DNA of 64,000 bases from Blepharisma stoltei ATCC 30299 (lineage: Eukaryota; Protista; Ciliophora), in the NCBI GenBank assembly GCA_965603825.1, contig CBFDEM010000006.1:124001-188000 (forward strand), in the 5' to 3' direction. Made by a program: the position numbers and the translations under genes. A model generated the notes under the pieces. The model was not told where the DNA came from. It saw only the letters and a program-made list of their open reading frames with translations, and did not search any database. Shown piece after piece: positions 60,123-64,000 of the stretch; position 1 is the stretch's first letter, and every line of letters begins with the position of its first letter.

Positions 60123-61487
60123 TTAGCAAAAATAACTTAAGTGCCGACTATCCTCACTAAGCATCATTCGCTTTTGTTCGCTGTGCCCATATTTGTTTAA
60201 GAACTTAAGGTAAAGCTCAATCAAATTAGGCTGGACTGTTGGCTTACAATTGTTGATGCTTGATTTGAAATCGTCCAAATTCACTTTTCTCAGCAGAAGC
60301 TGAGAAGGCTCTATGCTGGTTAAAGATCTCTCAATCGCTTCTGGATCTGATGCTTTGCAAGGCGTCCAATAATCCACATCGTCCTTTCTCACTTTCTTAA
60401 AATGAGAAGTATACTGAAGCATTTTTACCGGTTTTAGTAAAGCCTCATTACAAACAATGCTAATATCAGACCCTGAGTACCCATCAGTTATCTCTGCCAA
60501 ATAATTAAAATCCTCTTCAGTCAAATCGTGGTTTTGTCCTGCAAGAAGTTCAAAAGTGTGGCTCCTGGTGTCTTTATCAGGTATTGAGACCATGATTTTT
60601 CTGTCAAATCTTCTTAAAGCAGCCACATCGAGCTCCCAGGGCATGCTTGTGGTTCCAATGACCATCACATTTTTCCGTTCATTCTGCAAGATGTCCATTG
60701 CTGTTAGAAATTCGGTCTTTATCCTCCTCTCAGTTTCGCTTTCAGCGCCACTTCTTTTTCTTACTAACGAATCAATTCCGTCAAAAACAATCACAGAAGG
60801 ACTGCTTTCTCCGGCCATTTGGAAAAGCATGGTCAGAAGCTTTTCGCTTTCGCCAATAAACTTAGAAGTGATGTCAGAGTAGGAGACCCAAAAACAGGTA
60901 GACTCAATTTCATTGCAAATGGCCTGAGCAATCATTGTTTTTCCCACCCCTGGAGGTCCGTATAGCAAAATTTTGTTCCATGATCTAGGACGGCCTCTGG
61001 ACTTAGAAAAAAGAGAAGGGACCAAAGCAGGAAGCAAAACAGTCTCCCTGATAAGATCTTTGACATATTCGTTCCCAGCAATGTCGTCAAATGTTATGTC
61101 AGGTTTTTGTGTTAATAGACAGTCTAAATTAATCTTACTTTTCAGCTGATCTTTGAGTTCTGAATTGTACTTTGTTAAAGAATCGTCCAAATTTCTCGGC
61201 TGGAGGAAGCTGCATGATCCGCTGCTGCAGGCGCTGATGCAAGAACTCCCACTGCTCCATCCTTCTTGGCTCTCAAGCATCAACCTATCTACGAACTTGG
61301 CGTTGTCATATCTAAGAAGAGCTCCAAAACCACTTTGGTGTTCTGTAAAAAGATTTTTCAAACCTTTTTCAATTTTCTTATTGAATTTCGGGACTTGTGG
61401 GATTCTCGTGCCCAGTAGCGAACCTCTCTCTTTTCCAGCCACTGAGATCGCAGAGAGGTGGTTGGGATTTTTTGTCAAGCTTCTCAT
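60123..61487 (-). CDS. VPS4-like AAA ATPase without recognisable MIT domain; degenerate Walker B and sensor 1
   Basis: LLYGPPGVGKT, SKFIGESEK, ERRIKTEFL, GYSGSDIS and a VPS4 beta-domain (WTPC..SDPEA). Walker B reads VIVFDG and sensor 1 reads GTTSMPW. Confidence 0.88.
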   Translation of the reverse strand: MRSLTKNPNHLSAISVAGKERGSLLGTRIPQVPKFNKKIEKGLKNLFTEHQSGFGALLRYDNAKFVDRLMLESQEGWSSGSSCISACSSGSCSFLQPRNLDDSLTKYNSELKDQLKSKINLDCLLTQKPDITFDDIAGNEYVKDLIRETVLLPALVPSLFSKSRGRPRSWNKILLYGPPGVGKTMIAQAICNEIESTCFWVSYSDITSKFIGESEKLLTMLFQMAGESSPSVIVFDGIDSLVRKRSGAESETERRIKTEFLTAMDILQNERKNVMVIGTTSMPWELDVAALRRFDRKIMVSIPDKDTRSHTFELLAGQNHDLTEEDFNYLAEITDGYSGSDISIVCNEALLKPVKMLQYTSHFKKVRKDDVDYWTPCKASDPEAIERSLTSIEPSQLLLRKVNLDDFKSSINNCKPTVQPNLIELYLKFLNKYGHSEQKRMMLSEDSRHLSYFC

Positions 61488-61821
61488 TTTATAAATTTTA
61501 TACAGTAAGTTAAATTTAATTAAGCCAGTATCAGGCTGTAACAGTTTTCCGGATTCTCTCTTCTAACTTTTAAAATTTCCTATTCGGGCTCAGTAATATA
61601 AGGCTAGCTTTTCCTATGATCAGAGAAAGCTAATTGTATATGGTGACTTATTTTGCGGTACCATAGAAGGTTGAATGGCTTATGGATAATAAAAATGATA
61701 TTAAATTAACAAACTTTTATAAGGCCTAATTTTCGAGGGATTTTTGGATACACTTTTCTAGAAATTATGTTGGCCAATTAAATATTATTACCATTAGTAA
61801 AGGAATCTAAAGAGGATATAA

Positions 61822-62832
61822 ATGCTGAAAAAGTATTTATTTGGAGCTTTATCCATATATGCAGGTGTAGGCTGCGTGACTACTTTATATCCTCAGTTAA
61901 TATGAAAGCCGAGGGCTGAGCTTGAAAAAGCGAATAAGAATTATGATAAGTGGATTGCTGCTCATAGAGGCGGATCTTTGGAAAGGCCTGAGAACACTTT
62001 GGATAGCTTTAGGCATGCGTATAATATCAATGTGGATATACTAGAGATGGATGTAGTCAGAAGCCAAGACGGGGTAATAGTTGTTTCTCATGAAAACAGC
62101 TTGAAAAGATTATGCGGAGTCGATAAATTGATTAGTGAGACTAATTTCAATGATCTCCCTCCTTATATGCCTACTTTTTTTACTCATTTTGCATTTGAAA
62201 AAGTAACGTTTGACAACAAAGTTTATAAGTTTACTGACCTGGAGTCTGTTTTCAAAGAATTCCCAGATATTTATATGGCAATCGAAATAAAAGAGCCAGA
62301 TGAAGTCACAATTAAAGAGGTTAAACGCTTGATTGATGATTATGATCGCCAACACTTGACAGTACTTCTTATACAGTTTGTTGGAAATAGCAGACAAAAG
62401 GAGAATGAAAAGATTCAGGAAATTATTTCGAAAGAAATGAGCTTTATTTCAGCAGAAAAAGCATTGAAATTATTTTTTGCGTATTTTCTGGGATTTGTTG
62501 CGTTTATACCTGTTGAAGAGCGCATATTAGGAGCGCCAGTTATGACAAAGCCTTTTAATGCTCTAAAATATGCAAATTCACCTTGGTATATTGCATTTCC
62601 TTAGTAAACTCTATATAGTGAAATGATGGCAAGAGCTTTTGTATTTTTCGGAAGAGGACTTAATAATCACTTAAAGAAAAGAGGAGTAAAAGTGTTTTAC
62701 TGGGTGATAAACTCAAATGAAGATGCAATTTATGCGCTAGGCGTAATTGTCACTTAGAGAAATTGTGACGGCTGTATAACTGATGCTCCGTCAACATTGA
62801 TGAGATTTTTTAATAAGCTTAAGGTTAATTAG
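61822..62832 (+). CDS. GDPD1: Glycerophosphodiester phosphodiesterase GDPD1/GDE4-like (lysophospholipase D), ~321 aa
   Basis: ATG at 61822; N-terminal TM; AHRGG, PENT, EMDV, VVSH, IEIK, YWVIN, ITDAP. Introns at 62362-62376 (probable), 62604-62618 and 62743-62757. Confidence 0.9.
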
Positions 62833-64000
62833 TAATTATAGTAGGCGATTCAATTAATTTATCCTGCCAGCCACAGGCTCTCAATTCAAGCATGTCCTAA
62901 ATAATTTTTACCAAAATCAAGAACTTCACTCTTGAATTTGCCGTTAGACCACGGTCCATTATTTCTTTAAGAGTATTAACTACCGCGTTTGTTTTGGATA
63001 CATACTTTTCATTTTCATAAGCAGCACCTCCAGCTGTTAGCATCAAAACAGCTCCTTCTAATTTGTCATCATTAAGGACCAAACTAACAAAATCAGGATT
63101 TTTAAATGTCTCTTTAAAATTCGGGCTTATCAATTCCATAAGGCACATAAAAATTACTTTAGGAGGTATAAATCCAGCCTTAAATAGCTCACCAATAAAT
63201 CTTACCATCCCAAGGCTTTTTACTTTATAAGCAGAATCCCCTTTATGGTCTGCCTCACTCATTCACATTTCTTCAAAAGATTCTTGGCAAACATTCAGCA
63301 GCATTTTTCTAAACAAACTATCTTGTGTTCTCTTTGAAGACTCCACCTTTCCTCCTGCTAGCTGAAAATCCAAGTACGCATCAGTCAGATATTTGCACAG
63401 GTCTGCATACATTCCAACATATTTTTTCTCAAAGCAAGCTTTTTGGAAAATTGCGTCTGCTAAAGCCTCTAAATATTCCTCATCCAATTTAGAAATTTCA
63501 AATAATTCAGTTTTCAGCTTATCAAAATTTCTCATAGTCAGCTTATTCAAAATTATTTTAATGTCACAAAGCTTTTTCTCTTTTGTTGATTTTTCTGTGT
63601 TGATTTTCTTTGTGTTCTCAAGTGCACCCTGCCTGATCTTTTTCTGTGTCTCGTCTTCTTCTGCGCGCCAATTAAATTTGTAATTAGTGTTACCTAAAAC
63701 CCGCCTCTCTGGCTTTGGCTCATTTCGTCTCCTTATTCTTACAATTTGAATAGGCAAGACCCAGGATAAATCCTCATCGCCTGCCTTTCTTATATCATCT
63801 TCACTATATCTTATTTTTGCTTTTGCAACAGAAATCTGGGAAAAAGTAGACCCAGTCCCCATTGGTGTGTATTCATGTGAAGTAATATCCTCTTCAATAG
63901 TAGACAAACCGCCTTTGAAGTGATTTTTTCCATTTGCAGGGATTTTGGTTTCTTCGTTGGTGTTATCAATTTCTTCTTGTTTAAAAGCTGGAGAAAGCTT
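62825..64000 (-). CDS. eIF4G-like MIF4G-domain protein (5'-truncated by window)
   Basis: ILNKLTMRNF, IFQKACFE, MYADLC, FRKMLLNVCQESFE, GMVRFIGELFK, SRVKFLILDMLELRACGW (intron at 62897-62911). TGA at 63263; YSEDDIR resembles an eIF4E-binding motif. Confidence 0.9.

Noticed and set aside
61604-61665. Two short stems (TAGCTTT/AAAGCTA; TATGGT/ACCATA) in the VPS4-like/GDPD1 spacer
   Set aside because: AT-rich 6-7-bp stems are expected by chance, and there are no snRNA or snoRNA boxes I can support.

Overview
Gene-dense, AT-rich eukaryotic DNA, most consistent with the macronuclear genome of a heterotrich ciliate such as Blepharisma. Two features support this. First, TGA encodes Trp and only TAA/TAG are stops: TGA and TGG swap at homologous positions of repeats and paralogs, and TGA falls in invariant-Trp motifs. 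Second, the genes carry tiny GT-AG introns (20 found: 18 of 15 nt, 2 of 16 nt). The supplied ORF track is therefore badly fragmented, and I rebuilt about 38 gene models by hand. The left 14 kb holds a tandem cluster of giant surface proteins: a ~3606-aa malectin + 8x(Cys-rich/LamG-like) + multi-TM protein, a frameshifted paralog and a decayed relic. The rest is mostly housekeeping: proteasome beta2, H2A.Z, VAP, Rab, two AGC kinases, Piwi, UBFD1, MON1, two cyclophilins, kinesin, UBC6, VID27, PEX11, DCTN4, PRP38, UTP14, ATG1-like kinase, GDPD1 and an eIF4G-like gene. The most interesting items are (1) an F-box fused to a cullin N-terminal-repeat domain, hidden by TGA codons; (2) a 74-bp GC-rich hairpin/G-quadruplex insert flanked by a 14-bp direct repeat, sitting exactly in a stop codon; (3) the giant lectin-like receptor; (4) a VPS4-like ATPase with degenerate Walker B and sensor 1; (5) a membrane-anchored tandem LC8 protein; (6) a TFIIB-like protein with no zinc ribbon; and (7) same-strand genes spaced only 13 and 8 nt apart. 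All family assignments come from motif recognition by eye; no database searches were run.
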